A DNA stretch of 63,898 bases, filler included, from Nemertoderma westbladi (Eukaryota; Animalia; Xenacoelomorpha), in the NCBI GenBank assembly GCA_032718475.1. It is 3 parts of 3 records of this genome, joined end to end, with 100 filler letters (N's around TTAATTAATTAA, not from the genome) between each part and the next. Parts side by side here need not be neighbours in the genome. Positions count along the whole stretch, not along the records: positions 29,538 to 56,242 come from JAUCBJ010004532.1; 2 more parts are not named here. One strand, 5' to 3'. How positions within the stretch are numbered: position 1 is the stretch's first letter; each line of letters opens with the position of its first letter. Shown here one piece after another: positions 38,201 to 52,477 of this stretch. Below the pieces are notes generated by a model, which was not told the DNA's origin, did no database searches, and was given only the letters and a program-made list of their open reading frames with translations. A program made the translations under genes and the position numbers.

Positions 38201-39257
38201 TCATTTTTGCTCGTTGTTGCCCATTGTTTATCATCAGATCATTGTTGCTCAATGTTACTCGTAGTAGTCGTAGTTGCTCATTGTTACTCGTTGTTGCTCA
38301 TTGTTGCTCGTTCAGTCGTTATTCCTCATCATTGCTCGTTGTTGTACTTTATTATTGCTCAATGTTACTCGTTGTTGCTCGTTGTTACTCGTTGTTGCTC
38401 GTTGTTTTGTTACTCATTGTTCATTTGTTGCTCGTTGTTGCTTATTGTTGGTCATTGTTGCTCGTTGTGCATTTTTGCACCTATCCAATTAAGCTCAGAA
38501 GCTCCCGTATCTCTGCATCTTGCAGACATAATAAGAAACATTATATAAGGATATTTAATTTAATTTATTTAATTTAATATATGAGAAATGAGGCCAGTAT
38601 TGGTTGACAGGAGATACGCAATGCGCGCCTCATAATAGCCTCTCGTCAACAAGTCAACCCCATCGACTAGCGGCACTGGCTGTTTCAGCTGACGGCGTGA
38701 CGGTGCTCTGTCGAAAAACGCGTCCCTGATGCAGTAAGGGCCCTCTTTTGAGGAGCAATATCAGAATATTATTATTGTCGCGGAACTGCTTCTACTCTCT
38801 GTGAGAAATGAGAAATATTTAATTTATTTAAGGAGTATCAGAGTATGCAGATTTTGGAATGAAATTGTACACCTAACAGCCAAAATAAGAAACCCATGTC
38901 AAAAAGTTCTTATTTAAGGACTTTTAGTATTTATGTGTACAATTTCGATGTCTTAAATAAGGTAAATTTAAAAAATCCCTCTTATTTAGGAACTGGTCGT
39001 ATTTTTGATGCCATTTTAAAACGCTTGTAGAAAAAAAACCGGACGGTGAAATGTTTTCTGGTTTTTTGCATTATGTTCAAGAAAGAACCAACTTTTATAT
39101 TGTGTAATAAAATTATGCGGTATTTTTTACTGAAACAAGTTCTTGCATATTATGTCGAAAAAATATCCAAAAAAGGCCCAAAAACCCCTAAATAAGAGCC
39201 ATTTTCCTTAAATAAGAACCCACTTTTGGAGCTTATTTAAGGGTATGTTCCCTACTG
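35250..39257. mobile_element. Non-autonomous DNA transposon with ~375-bp TIRs and a 5-bp TSD
   Basis: CAGTAGGGAACATACCCTTAAATAAG... at 35250 and its reverse complement ending at 39257; AAAGG on both flanks; inserted in an older MITE remnant (GGGGTAAATTGAGCTAC / GTAGCTCACTTCACCCC). Confidence 0.88.
36576..38470. repeat. Low-complexity degenerate minisatellite (TTGTTGCTCR and TACTTTATTATTGCTC units)
   Basis: Repetitive T/G-rich units that produce spurious Leu/Cys-rich ORFs in all plus frames. Confidence 0.92.
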
Positions 39258-40469
39258 AAAGGTATATTTTGACTATTTAATAGGCAAATTATGTTATAAT
39301 TTTTGTAAGATTGTTTAGAGCAATAATGTAGTGCACAAAGGAATACATTGGTATTTCCTCAATGAGAAAGTAACTATTTTTAAAACACGAAAAACTACAA
39401 AAGTAGCTCACTTCACCCCAGTTTACCCTACCGAATACCGGTAGGCCTACCTATCACTATCAGCCTATCCATAGGCCTACCAACCAATGTCATATAAATA
39501 ACTTGTATACTGAATTATTTAGATAGCCTTGATCAAGGCCTACTATAAGTCAGGCCGTGCAGCCGACTGCTAGGCCCTAAAACTTATGGGCCGACTTTTT
39601 TTAAACAGTGTCACTGCTACACCTGTACACAGTGTACAGTACATGTTTAGGCCTACCGCTAACAGAATAAAGATTACTGATAAATGGCTATTCTTTCACT
39701 CGGCAGCTCGGTAGAACTAGAATCTGTTTCTGTGTTCTGGCATTAATTTTTATAGAATGTAGGGCAGTAAGGGCCTGTCCTATGGCAGTATGGTGTAACA
39801 GTGCTACAGGCAGACACTATATGGAATTCTGACAAAATGCGCGCCACACGCAATGTGAAGATCCTAGTGAAAGCGCGCCAACCATTGCCTATAATTCGCG
39901 CCAGCACAATGTTGACGCACAAAAGCGTACCCCCCCCCCCCCCCCCCCCCAGTAAAGTCTACAAAACTACAAAAGTTATTTCAGAATATGGATATTACGT
40001 ATTATTAATATTATGCTGATATGTAAATAACGTACAAAATAGTTAGTACGAAATCTATAGCAAGTGAGTAGTAGAAAGTAAATAAAAACTCTCAATTATA
40101 TTATGCACAATAATAATAATAATTTTTTTGACGTATAATAATTTAATCGATTGATGTCATATTATTATAACCTATTTACATGGTTCAAAGATCAATAATT
40201 AAAATTACTATTAAAGTATTATTACTGGAAAATAAAAATACTGTTATGGCTAGGGATTAAAGTCATTAAAATCGCTAAAAAAATTGATACCTATGGAAAA
40301 ACTGTAAATAAATGTTATGTTATTATAATGTAGTGTGACCTGGTGAATATTAAGTAAAAAGTAAAAAAGAAAACAATCCAGAAGAAGATTAACTACGGTG
40401 GGAAATGTAAAATTAATTAATAAATAAAAAGTAAAAAAAATAAATAAATAAAATAGTACTGTTGTATGT

Positions 40470-41285
40470 ATGTGGTTCCGAGGTTGTAGAACAGAGTCTG
40501 CGTCCGATCTCCTTCAGGAATACCGCCGTTTCAGGCCCGGGCCGTCCAAAGGTCTCAAAAGCTACGGGGCAGAATATGTAGCCTCGCTTTACCAACTCCG
40601 CGTAATTGCGGGATTTGGCAGCTTCCACTGCCACACGACCTCCACCGGATTGACTTGTGGCGATGTGGCTGGGTGCGAGCGAATCCCACACTGTGGCGTC
40701 CCAAGCGAGCATGCGGCCACGGTTCCATGGAATAGTAGTAACCCCATCAACCCGTTTCCCATCGCCTCGACAAAGACCTGGCGGTTCCAGTTTAGTCGGA
40801 ACTCCACAGCTGGCCAACGACCGCGTTATGATGTCATTGATCATCGTGTGTCTGGGGTGTCGACCAGCACTTCGCTGACACGATAAACCATGTAATCCAT
40901 CCGAATCAACTGGTTTACCACAGCGAGTGCAACTGTGGGGTTCCGTAACCGAGACGCGTGGCGATGGAGATACGAAACTGCGTGTTGCTGAGTTTCAGCC
41001 CGAGGGACGCTGCCGGGACTGCATCGAGCCAACATCCAGCAACACTGCTGTTGATTGAGTTCAGTCGCGCGACTTCAGATGGAGTGGACGATGAGTGGAG
41101 GTTCATCAGGTTTTCCTGGATGGAAGGGCGCAACCACACCCTCTGTAGAGTGGAGGTGGGGATGGGTTCGTCTATGGGGACTGTGGAGCGCCATAGCTGC
41201 TGAGCCTGGGTGCACACCAGGTTGGCTCTAGATGCCCTTTGCGTGACGAGACGGCCCGCCTGATCAGCGCAGGCAGCCGCAGAAG
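40470..41285 (-). pseudogene. CRE-clade non-LTR retrotransposon 3' fragment (zinc finger plus restriction-like endonuclease)
   Basis: AGCWLDAVPAASLGLKLSNTQFRISIATRLG; INDIITRSL; LEPPGLCRGDGKRVDGVT..WNRGRMLAWDATV; FCPVAFETFG. Confidence 0.8.
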
Positions 41286-41768
41286 CGAAATGAGATACAA
41301 CTGTAATATAATTATTTGAGTAAATACAGTACAGTATATTGCAGATAAGTGATGATTGGCAGCCAAGCAAAAAAATTATGTTCTATAATATTATGAATAG
41401 TTTTAATATTCCTACCTATAACAACTGCTACACTGCTCGATCGAGATCACATTGGGAGATCCCGGGTTCGGCCCCAGGTCAGGGCCAATTACGAATTTTG
41501 CAAAATAATGCGTATAGTAAATGTTATTTAGTATAAGAATGTCATCTGGCCTCGCCTTGCTGACATTATCTATGAAATAGTAGTAAGAAGTTTAAGATTA
41601 CTGCTGTATAGCAGTTTTATAGTACATACGAAAATGACTCCTGCAATATACGTGATAATGTAAATATAAAATACAAATTAATATCAGTTATAGTTGGAAG
41701 TAAGTATAAAGGATTAAAATAAACATTGTATGGGTGTAAAAAAAAACTTATTAGATATTTTCAAATCA

Positions 41769-44400
41769 TTAATCAAAGCCGGGTTTCATCGACAGGCGAA
41801 GTCTCTCGAGAAACTTATGTTTAACATCACCTCGGGTCCGGGGATTCGTGAATTTGAGGATAGGATAACGGTGAGGTTTTAAGTGTTCTCTCGTTATTTC
41901 ATATATGGTATTAGGACATGCGACAGGAAGAGGTAAATACCAATCCACAATGGTGCGATTTTCTAGAGTCACATTCTTCATTGGTGCCCTTTAACTATTC
42001 ATCACTGAATATACACTTTCCACAATGGCTTCTGGCCCTCCTTTTGATAATGCCACATGAATCACTAAGGATCCAAGCTGACCTACACGTTTATAGAGCG
42101 GGACATTTGTGAATAGTTCGTACCGTACCATATATCATACCCTATATGTCTCTCTCCCAAAATCGCATTTGAATCGATCCCAAAGGTCGTCTGTTTCAGA
42201 TGGTTGTCGAACGATGAACTCAACGCGATGGGGGGCGATCTTTTCAGGTAGCTCAAGATCCTTATTCTCTGTAATGAAGATGGACTTTCGAATCTCAACA
42301 GCATCAGAAGAACTACCCCATATAATCCACTAATAGCCCCCTCAATGTTATCGAATGCTTCTGTTGCATCTTCACTTGATATTTCCATATCATGCAGAGT
42401 ACTTACGAAGTGAACCAGTGTTTTAAACTGGTCCACTCCAGAACTAGCCAGAGCTAATTCACCATATTTTAATGTGGCTCTATCTGCATATGGCCGTTTG
42501 TACCCACACACTAATTTCATTATTTCTATGAAATCCATACACTTTGATAATGTGCCCAACACAGTGGAGACATTTAGCAATCGATTTTCCATTGACATAA
42601 TTATATCAGTGCAAAATGTTTTTGCATCTTGTATGCAATCTTCAACCTCCCTCATCTGCCACTCATCGAGAATGGTTCCACTTTCAGTTGCACTAGTGGC
42701 AATCCGTCTCCACCCATCATCCAGGTTGACTCCCTGAAAAACCTTGGATATTATGATATCATCGAAGTGTTCGACAAATGTAGGCAGGCCACATATACAT
42801 ACGGATATCCTCCTTTAGAGGTGATAAAAGTTCCTTAATTCTTTCCAAATCCTTTAGGATTCTTGGATCCAGAGTGATATCTTCCAGCAGGGGAGGTTTA
42901 GATGTTGCACTGCAACCATTAGGTTCACAATTGGATGCAAAATGTCATATACCAGCAATACATCAATGACAAAGTCCAATCCCCTCACCATTTAGCTCCT
43001 CTCTGAGTCTAACTCTGCTCCCAAGAACTCCTTTAATGTCAAGATAATCACCTTGTAGTTATTTATGACACGTCCAAATGCCTTGTAGGAGTTGCTTGTG
43101 AATATTGTGTCTGAATATCCTAATCCTACAAGGGGTCTAATGCGAAACTAACTTTAGTTCTTCAAAATGTTTGCCTCTGGAGAGATCATCGCGAAATTGG
43201 TGGGTCCTCTTTATAAGTGTTTTGAAATATTGAGATGAATTGCCAATCTTTCAATCTTTCACATCAGAGACTACGAGGTCGAGTAAATGAGCACCATCCC
43301 AGATGCAATCTGTTAATTCATGATTTGAGATATTAGAACCATGATAAATTCTCAATAAGAATCCTTGACTCTGGTACTGACCATCAGCAACAACTCCAAC
43401 CAAATTGATCCTTGAGTCGTCTTCCAGTATATTCTCCAAAACGTTGTTAAACTGATTGCCCAAGTCATCAAGGATGCCTCCTTCAAGTGTATCAGTATCA
43501 CTATCTATACCATAAACAGGAGGTGCTCCTACAAGAAATGCTGTTCTAGAACCATTTACCAATGGATATATTACCATAGCTTGGTTCGTTACTTTTCCAA
43601 GAGTACTACTGCCATGCAGGAATGTGGTGCCATTCTAGTTGCTGGCATTGGTTCTCCTTCAACACTCTAGCTATATGCAGTTTGATGACCTTTACTGCTG
43701 TTTTCAGAATGGTAGGTACATTCTTTCGACTATGTTGCATATCCCCAACATCACTCCCACTAATCTGCATAGATGAAATTTGTGTTTCAAAATGTTGAGA
43801 TGCAGCTTTCTCTTTGACTACCGTAAGAGCTGCTATTATTAAATTTCTCATTGCCTTAAAGCCTCTGGCTTTATATTCTCTAGCCTGGAAGCTGTGGATG
43901 ACGGCCCTGAAGTGCAATCCTTCATCTGTTAGTGTTAAATGTTGCTTCACATTATGTTTCACAAAACGCCATTGAGGACCTGTTCCACTTATGGATACTC
44001 AGGGCCTGCTCACCAGTATATGTACAATATGCCTGCGGCCAATGTCTGGGCTCTGATTGGTCTCTTTGTATCACTGTAAAATTCCATATCAGATGGCAAC
44101 ATGTTGATATTGGTTATATTTTCCCTAATACTCGAGCTCACAGTACTTGCGAGTGTAGGTTTCAGCTTCTCTGTCTTATCCTTCTGTTTAAGTGGTTGCT
44201 CCACTTTCCGGAATAAGCTTTTCTCTAACGAATTGAACATACTTGCCATTGTGGTGGTGCTATCAACTGCTGAAGACATCACTGAGGGTGACTCTAATGT
44301 GGGAAGGTCAGTACCAGTATCAACTTGTGGTGGTTCATCAAATGCCAGGGGGACAGTTTCAATTTCAAGTGATTCATCTACATTGGTGCTAGTCAGGTTC
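41769..44400 (-). pseudogene. Degenerate DNA transposase, probably hAT superfamily
   Basis: Chain of co-oriented broken ORFs (44282, 43962, 43577, 42655, 41981) with VVADGQY and CIWDGAHLLDLVVSD (DxxH-type) motifs; no TIRs found. Confidence 0.55.
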
Positions 44401-44921
44401 TATATCATCCATGAGATTGGTGAGAGGAATTGTGGAGGTAGTGTTATTAACAATAACACAGATTAATCGCAATAATGGGAGTCTCATGTCTTACCGCTAA
44501 CTGTGGCGATGTTGTGTTGCGGATAAGGTCGGTAATTTATCCTGTAGTTGAAATAGATGAACAGGTGGTGAAGCCACGATTTATAAAAGGCCAATATTGA
44601 ATCTCTGCATATTCTAGAAGCAATGAGATCGAAGTCAGCTTTACAGTATATTATTGACAGGCTCCTACATAATATAGTAACATATGTGCCTGATATCCAG
44701 ACCTGTCGCAAAATGTTATATTGGCTGATTTGGCTGATGATAACCGGAAGTTTGAAACCTAGGTACCGGGTTCGAGCCCCAATAGGGGCGGTTGATATTT
44801 TTCGCTATGGAGAGCATTATCATAATGTACTATAACATATATATTTAATTCGCCGTCACCCACCCCACAACAATTCATTTATAAATGTTATATTAAATCG
44901 TGTACGTTACTAAACCAACTT

Positions 44922-47900
44922 TTGCGAACTTTGTTCCAATAGTTACGAACTTTGTTGCAATAGTTGCGAACTTTGTTCCAATAGGATGCGAACTTTGTTC
45001 CAATAGGATGCAAACTTTGTTCCTGTAGTTGCGAACTTTGTTCCAATAGTTACGAACTTTGTTCCAATAGTTACGAACTTCGTTTCAATAGTTACGAACT
45101 TTGTTCCAATAGTTACGAACTTCGTTTCAATAGTTACGAACTTTGTTGCAATATGATGCAAACTTTGTTCCAATAGTTGCGAACTTTGTTCCAATAGGAT
45201 GCGAACTTTGTTCCAATAGTTACGAACTTTGTTCCAATAGGATGCGAACTTTATTCCAATAGTTACGAACTTTGTTCCAATATGATGCAAACTTTGTTCC
45301 AATAGTTGCGAACTTTGTTCCAATAGTTGCGAACTTTTTTCAATAGGATGGATGCAAACTTTGTTCCTATAGTTGCGAACTTTGTTCCAATAGTTACGAA
45401 CTTTGTTGCAATATGATGCAAACTTTGTTCCAATAGTTGCGAACTTTGTTCCAATAGGATGCGAACTTTGTTCCAATAGTTACGAACTTCGTTTCAATAG
45501 TTACGAACTTTGTTCCAATAGTTGCGAACTTTGTTCCAATAGTTACGAACTTTGTTCCAATAGTTACGAACTTCGTTTCAATAGTTACGAACTTTGTTCC
45601 AATATGATGCAAACTTTGTTCCAATAGTTGCGAACTTTGTTCCAATAGTTGCGAACTTTTTTCAATAGGATGGATGCAAACTTTGTTCCTATAGTTGCGA
45701 ACTTTGTTCCAATAGTTACGAACTTTGTTGCAATATGATGCAAACTTTGTTCCAATAGTTGCGAACTTTGTTCCAATAGGATGCGAACTTTGTTCCAATA
45801 GTTACGAACTTCGTTTCAATAGTTACGAACTTTGTTCCAATAGTTACGAACTTTGTTCCAATAGTTACGAACTTCGTTTCAATAGTTACGAACTTTGTTC
45901 CAATAGTTACGAACTTCGTTTCAATAGTTACGAACTTTGTTCCAATAGTTACGAACTTTGTTCCAATAGTTACGAACTTTGTTCCAATAGTTACGAACTT
46001 TGTTCCAATAGTTACGAACTTTGTTCCAATAGTTACGAACTTTGTTCCAATAGTTACGAACTTCGTTTCAATAGTTACGAACTTTGTTCCAATAGTTACG
46101 AACTTCGTTTCAATAGTTACGAACTTTGTTCCAATAGTTACGAACTTTGTTCCAATAGTTACGAACTTTGTTCCAATAGTTACGAACTTTGTTCCAATAG
46201 TTACGAACTTTGTTCCAATAGTTACGAACTTTGTTCCAATAGTTACGAACTTCGTTTCAATAGTTACGAACTTTGTTCCAATAGTTACGAACTTTGTTCC
46301 AATAGTTACGAACTTTGTTCCAATAGTTACGAACTTTGTTCCAATAGTTACGAACTTTGTTCCAATAGTTACGAACTTCGTTTCAATAGTTACGAACTTT
46401 GTTCCAATAGTTACGAACTTCGTTTCAATAGTTACGAACTTTGTTCCAATAGTTACGAATTTTGTTCCAATAGTTACGAACTTTGTTCCAATAGTTACGA
46501 ACTTTGTTCCAATAGTTACGAACATTGTTCCAATAGGATGCAAACTTTGATCCAATAGTTACGAACTTTGTTCCAATAGGATGCAAACTTTGTTCCAATA
46601 GTTGCGAACTTTGTTCCAATAGTTACGAACTTTGTTCCAATAGTTACGAACTTCGTTTCAATAGTTACGAACTTTGTTCCAATAGTTACGAACTTTGTTC
46701 CAATAGTTACGAACTTTGTTCCAATAGTTACGAACTTTGTTCCAATAGTTACGAACTTTGTTCCAATAGTTACGAACTTCGTTTCAATAGTTACGAACTT
46801 TGTTCCAATAGTTACGAACTTCGTTTCAATAGTTACGAACTTTGTTCCAATAGTTACGAACTTTGTTCCAATAGTTACGAACTTTGTTCCAATAGTTACG
46901 AACTTCGTTTCAATAGTTACGAACTTTGTTCCAATAGTTACGAACTTTGTTCCAATAGTTACGAACTTCGTTTCAATAGTTACGAACTTTGTTCCAATAG
47001 TTACGAACTTTGTTCCAATAGTTACGAACTTTGTTCCAATAGTTACGAACTTCGTTTCAATAGTTACGAACTTTGTTCCAATAGTTACGAACTTTGTTCC
47101 AATAGTTACGAACTTTGTTCCAATAGTTACGAACTTTGTTCCAATAGTTACGAACTTTGTTCCAATAGTTACGAACTTCGTTTCAATAGTTACGAACTTT
47201 GTTCCAATAGTTACGAACTTCGTTTCAATAGTTACGAACTTTGTTCCAATAGTTACGAACTTTGTTCCAATAGTTACGAACTTTGTTCCAATAGTTACGA
47301 ACTTTGTTCCAATAGTTACGAACATTGTTCCAATAGGATGCAAACTTTGATCCAATAGTTACGAACATTGTTCCAATAGGATGCGAACTTTGTTCCTATA
47401 GTTGCGAACTTTGTTCCAATAGGATGCGAACTTTGTTCCTATAGTTGCGACCTTTGTTCCAATAGGATGCAAACTTTGTTCCAATAGTTACGAACTTTGT
47501 TCCAATAGTTACGAACATTGTTCCAATAGTTACGAACATTGTTCCAATAGGATGCGAACTTTGTACCTATAGTTGCGAACTTTGTTCCAATAGTTGCGAA
47601 CTTTGTTCCAATAGGATGCAAACTTTGTTCCAATAGTTACGAACTTTGTTCCAATAGTTACGAACATTGTTCCAATAGGATGCGAACTTTGTTCCTATAG
47701 TTGCGAACTTTGTTCCAATAGTTGCGAACTTTGTTCCAATAGGATGCAAACTTTGTTCCAATAGTTACGAACTTTGTTTCAATAGTTACGAACTTTGTTT
47801 CAATAGTTACGAACTTTGTTCCAATAGTTACGAACTTTGTTCCAATAGTTGCAAACTTTGTTCCTATAGTTACGAACTTTGTTCCAATAGTTACGAACTT

Positions 47901-48715
47901 TGTTCCAATAGTTACGAACTTTGTTCCAATAGTTACGAACTTCGTTTCAATAGTTACGAGCTTTGTTCCAATAGTTACGAACTTCGTTTCAATAGTTACG
48001 AACTTTGTTCCAATAGTTACGAACTTTGTTCCAATAGTTACGAACTTTGTTCCAATAGTTACGAACTTTGTTCCAATAGTTACGAACATTGTTCCAATAG
48101 GATGCAAACTTTGATCCAATAGTTACGAACATTGTTCCAATAGGATGCGAACTTTGTTCCTATAGTTGCGAACTTTGTTCCAATAGGATGCGAACTTTGT
48201 TCCTATAGTTGCGACCTTTGTTCCAATAGGATGCAAACTTTGTTCCAATAGTTACGAACTTTGTTCCAATAGTTACGAACATTGTTCCAATAGTTACGAA
48301 CATTGTTCCAATAGGATGCGAACTTTGTACCTATAGTTGCGAACTTTGTTCCAATAGTTGCGAACTTTGTTCCAATAGGATGCAAACTTTGTTCCAATAG
48401 TTACGAACTTTGTTCCAATAGTTACGAACATTGTTCCAATAGGATGCGAACTTTGTTCCTATAGTTGCGAACTTTGTTCCAATAGTTGCGAACTTTGTTC
48501 CAATAGGATGCAAACTTTGTTCCAATAGTTACGAACTTTGTTTCAATAGTTACGAACTTTGTTTCAATAGTTACGAACTTTGTTCCAATAGTTACGAACT
48601 TTGTTCCAATAGTTGCAAACTTTGTTCCTATAGTTACGAACTTTGTTCCAATAGTTAGGACTTTTGCTCCAATAGTTAGAACTTTGTTCCAATATGATGT
48701 GAAATTTGTTCCAAT
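44922..48715. repeat. 21-bp minisatellite (TTGTTCCAATAGTTACGAACT) with 22-bp variants, about 3.8 kb
   Basis: Tandem periodicity; higher-order block duplications; three inverted units at ~49203-49261. Confidence 0.97.
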
Positions 48716-51700
48716 GAACCCTACCCATTAGGCTTTTATGACTAACATAAGAATACCGGCATAACAACAATATATTTCGATTACGAATCGAATATATACC
48801 AACTATTTCCTAGCGAGACCCGAGACGTATGGTGTAGAGACTTCGAGTAAGAGAGTTAAGTAGAGACTTCGACGTGAGAATCGACGAGTTTCGTTCTGAT
48901 CATGCATTATCACACGGATGAAGTTTAAAAGTACCTGTCTGAAAATTGCTAGACCCTGACGGCATCTTTATTAATAAAGAAGAGACTTTGGTAGACAGAT
49001 GCAGTGTAATATTGCCCCAGGTTGATTTCTATCAGTCTGTTCTGCTTAACTGGCCAATTAGCACAGACGTGTTCCTTTACTCTACCCAATGCTTCATGTC
49101 TGCCAAAACTTTTTTATATATTGCGTAAAACTTTATTATATTATGTTATTATGTAGTTGAAATATCAAAGGTATTTTTTTAATTTGGAAGAATGTTCGAA
49201 TCTATTGGAACAAAGTTCGCATCCATTGGAACAAAGTTCGCAACCATTGGAACAAAGTTCGCGTAATCATATTCAACAGGTTTATTTTTTATAGCCCGAC
49301 CCGATAGATAACACCCCCCCCCACCCTTTCTCAATATCGGTTTCTTTCCCGAAAAGATAACTGACAAAGGGCAATCATATGAACCACACCCATTAACGGA
49401 CTCGCCATTCCTTGCGATGCGATAAACAGGGTATTATATCATTGAACCATCGGCCCCCCCATTAAGACGGGTTGAAGGGAAAGAAATGTAATGACAATAT
49501 TGCTAAAGGGAGCTTCTCAAGTCCGGCGTGCCTATTGGCTGCTTATTCCTCGTCTCAAACTCCCCATATAGCCGGTATTCCTGCTTCCATTTACCTCAGT
49601 GTTTATACCTTCAATTCAAATTTTATTTCTATCAAGTTTATTTATAGGTAATAATTTAAATTTTTATAATCGGTGTATTAAGGGTAGCCGGTGGGACATG
49701 TGTTGTAGCAGACAGCATCCTAATAAACAGTAGCGCACTGTATTGTAGGGATGGTACAGTACAGTAGTCCGTGTTTTAAGCCCCATGGCGCGTTCGCAAT
49801 ATCTCACACAATAGCGTCTCACTGAGTTGTAGAAATATCTCGACCGAGTGCTGCGTATTGAGTTGTTTAAGCAACAAATAAATTAAGTTGGAACCCAACA
49901 ACAGTTAACGCTACTCAAAAGGTTTTAATCGCTTTCTAAATTTATGATTGATAGCAGTATGCGTGGTTGCCCTTAGCAACATAACATTAGTATTGATTAA
50001 CTGTTCTATATTGCTATTACTAAATGTTATAATTTATTCATCGCTATTTTCTGGAGCGATAAAGACGGCCGCCCAGTATCTATTGAATGTTGGTTAGCTA
50101 TCAACTTGCACGGCAGTCTCGGCTAGGTAAAACTTTCGGACGATAAATATATCTAAGTATTGGAATATCTACAGTGGAGTGGTTGGGATTGGCACGTTAT
50201 ATATCTCTAAGTGGGGCAGAAATATTATTATATGTTCCTAAGATTTTCCTCGACTTCCATATTTTTGTAAGAATATGTCAACTTATCAGTGGCGGTTGAT
50301 ATCCTCTTTGCTACTTTATTGCCTATGTAGGTAACATTTGGAACAAATACAGCGTTCTAGAACCTCTATAACACGTCTTCAGTCTTCCCCATTGAGCTAG
50401 CACGGATTAGATAGTATTGTATTGTGTGCTTATGCTGAGATAGTATGCTAAGTTTAAGATTGTTTATCGTATTGCTGATGGTGATGGTCGTAACTGCAAT
50501 TAATTTCATCAATAGCACTAACTATTACAATATTGAAATGCTAAATGAAATGTTCAGAACATTGATAAGTTCACACTATTCTATAAAAGGGCACCGTTCA
50601 GCGTTAAGGAAAATAAATTGTTTATTTATGTACAATTAAACCTCTACTCCCTCGCTGCGCTCGCTCGTGATATGACATAACTACTCACGGGCTGCTCACT
50701 GGGTAGGTACGTTGTATATTTATATATCCTACCCTAAAATTCATGCCCAGAATTCAGAAACAGTGTCACTCTAATCCGCTCCTTTCCCGTAATACAAAAA
50801 GTGAAAAACAAGACATTAAAACACGTTCGATTTTCAATTGACTTTTTGACGTATATCCTTTTCGTGACCATCGCCCCTTACTCATGCCAAGGGTCATTAT
50901 ATCCCAGATATTATTATGTTTACATTAGGGAGATGCTGTGTATGGCTGTGTTCATTTTTATAATTTAAGTCTTTACGAGTAATGATGATAATTAAACTGA
51001 TGTTGGATCTAATTATATACATGTACTAGGACGTAACGAGACAGATTTGGGCTTTAATTAGTACCCTAAAAATTTTGAGACTCATCAGGTAGATCGGAAT
51101 ATAAAGATCAATTTTTAAGATTTAAAGATCAATGGTATAAAGTCACTCAACCTGCAGATTTCAATGCCATGAAGGTAAAATTGTGAATTAACTATATTTT
51201 TGTTTGGGCCAATGAATGTGTTTGATTTTATATTTTTCACTTTTCTTCACTTATTTTTGAAAGTGTGTTTTCTCGCTATTCTTCGTCCTTCTACTAGGCC
51301 TATTTTCCGAAAGAAAGTTGTTATTTTTCCTTGAGTGAGGTTATTTAATTACAACGAACTTATCCCTCATCTAATGCATTTCATAATGGATATAACAGAA
51401 TGTGGATAAAATGATAACAGTAATGCTTATAAGATTACAGGAGGTATGTCCGTGAAGCTAAATATACAACCATGGAGGTATACAGTAGCAGGACAAATGT
51501 AGGTAGATGCAGATGCCTACATGGGGAATGGATATTGATTTTATTGATAGGATGTTCTGCTTCTATAAATCATGGCATAATGGAGAAGAATATTCACATG
51601 AGGTAGGCGAGGTGTAGGCCTACTGTGGAAGGCAAAGTCGCCATCATACCTCTCATTTGCAGTTGAACGCCGTAATGTTTAAATTTTGGAATTAATATAG

Positions 51701-52324
51701 CGCGCAAATTACGAAAGCTATGCGCACCAAATAATAACAGTTATGAGCACAATATTATTATATTACTGTACTGAAGATACTCAGTTATGGCATGATGGCT
51801 ATGGGCACCATACTAAGTTGTAGGCACAGCACAAGATACCTCAGATACCTAGTGGTGCGCAAAACACCCTACACTTTACAGGCCTACACACTTTTCAAAA
51901 TGTTGAGCAGTTGAGGGGCTCCGTAAACACTTCTGAACATTCTGAATACTAATGACTGTAGGGCATGATCGCCTTATTTCCTTGTACTTATGTAAATATT
52001 TATTGGATTGGATTGGCTTGCCCCATATGAGAAAGTTGTCTTCTTTAACTACAAGTTTAACGCCGTGCAGAGTATCGCCGAAAACATACAATATTTTTTC
52101 ATAGGCAATTTTTAATTTAATCTAAATTTTTTAATCCAATAGTTATTATCACATGAGGAAACCTGCAAAATTACTAGCTAGGCAGCATTGGCGGATTAAA
52201 GTCTTAGCCAGGAATTATAATCTCGGGGCAGTCCCATTTCAAAGCCACAAAAACTCATCGTTCGATTTAATATTAGGAATTAATATACCCCGGCCGCTTT
52301 AATTTATAAAATGTTCGATGTTAA

Positions 52325-52477
52325 AGGCCATGATACACCACAGGAGCGGCGAGCGGCAGCGGCGAGCGGCCGCGGCAAGCGGCCACTTTTTAAAAATAGA
52401 ACACATTATTTTCTATGGGTGATGATACACCACAAATGGCTGCTGCCGCTCGCCGCTCCTGTGGTGTATCATGGCCT
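52325..52477. mobile_element. PIF/Harbinger-type MITE
   Basis: TIR AGGCCATGATACACCACAGGAGCGGCGAGCGGCAGC and its reverse complement; TAA on both flanks. Confidence 0.85.

Noticed and set aside
36576-38577. Long Leu/Cys-rich ORFs
   Set aside because: Open in all three plus frames because the repeat lacks stop codons; no domain signal
44943-48770. (IGTKFVT)n and (ELCSNSY)n repeat proteins
   Set aside because: Translations of a 21-bp satellite, with frames broken by 22-bp variants
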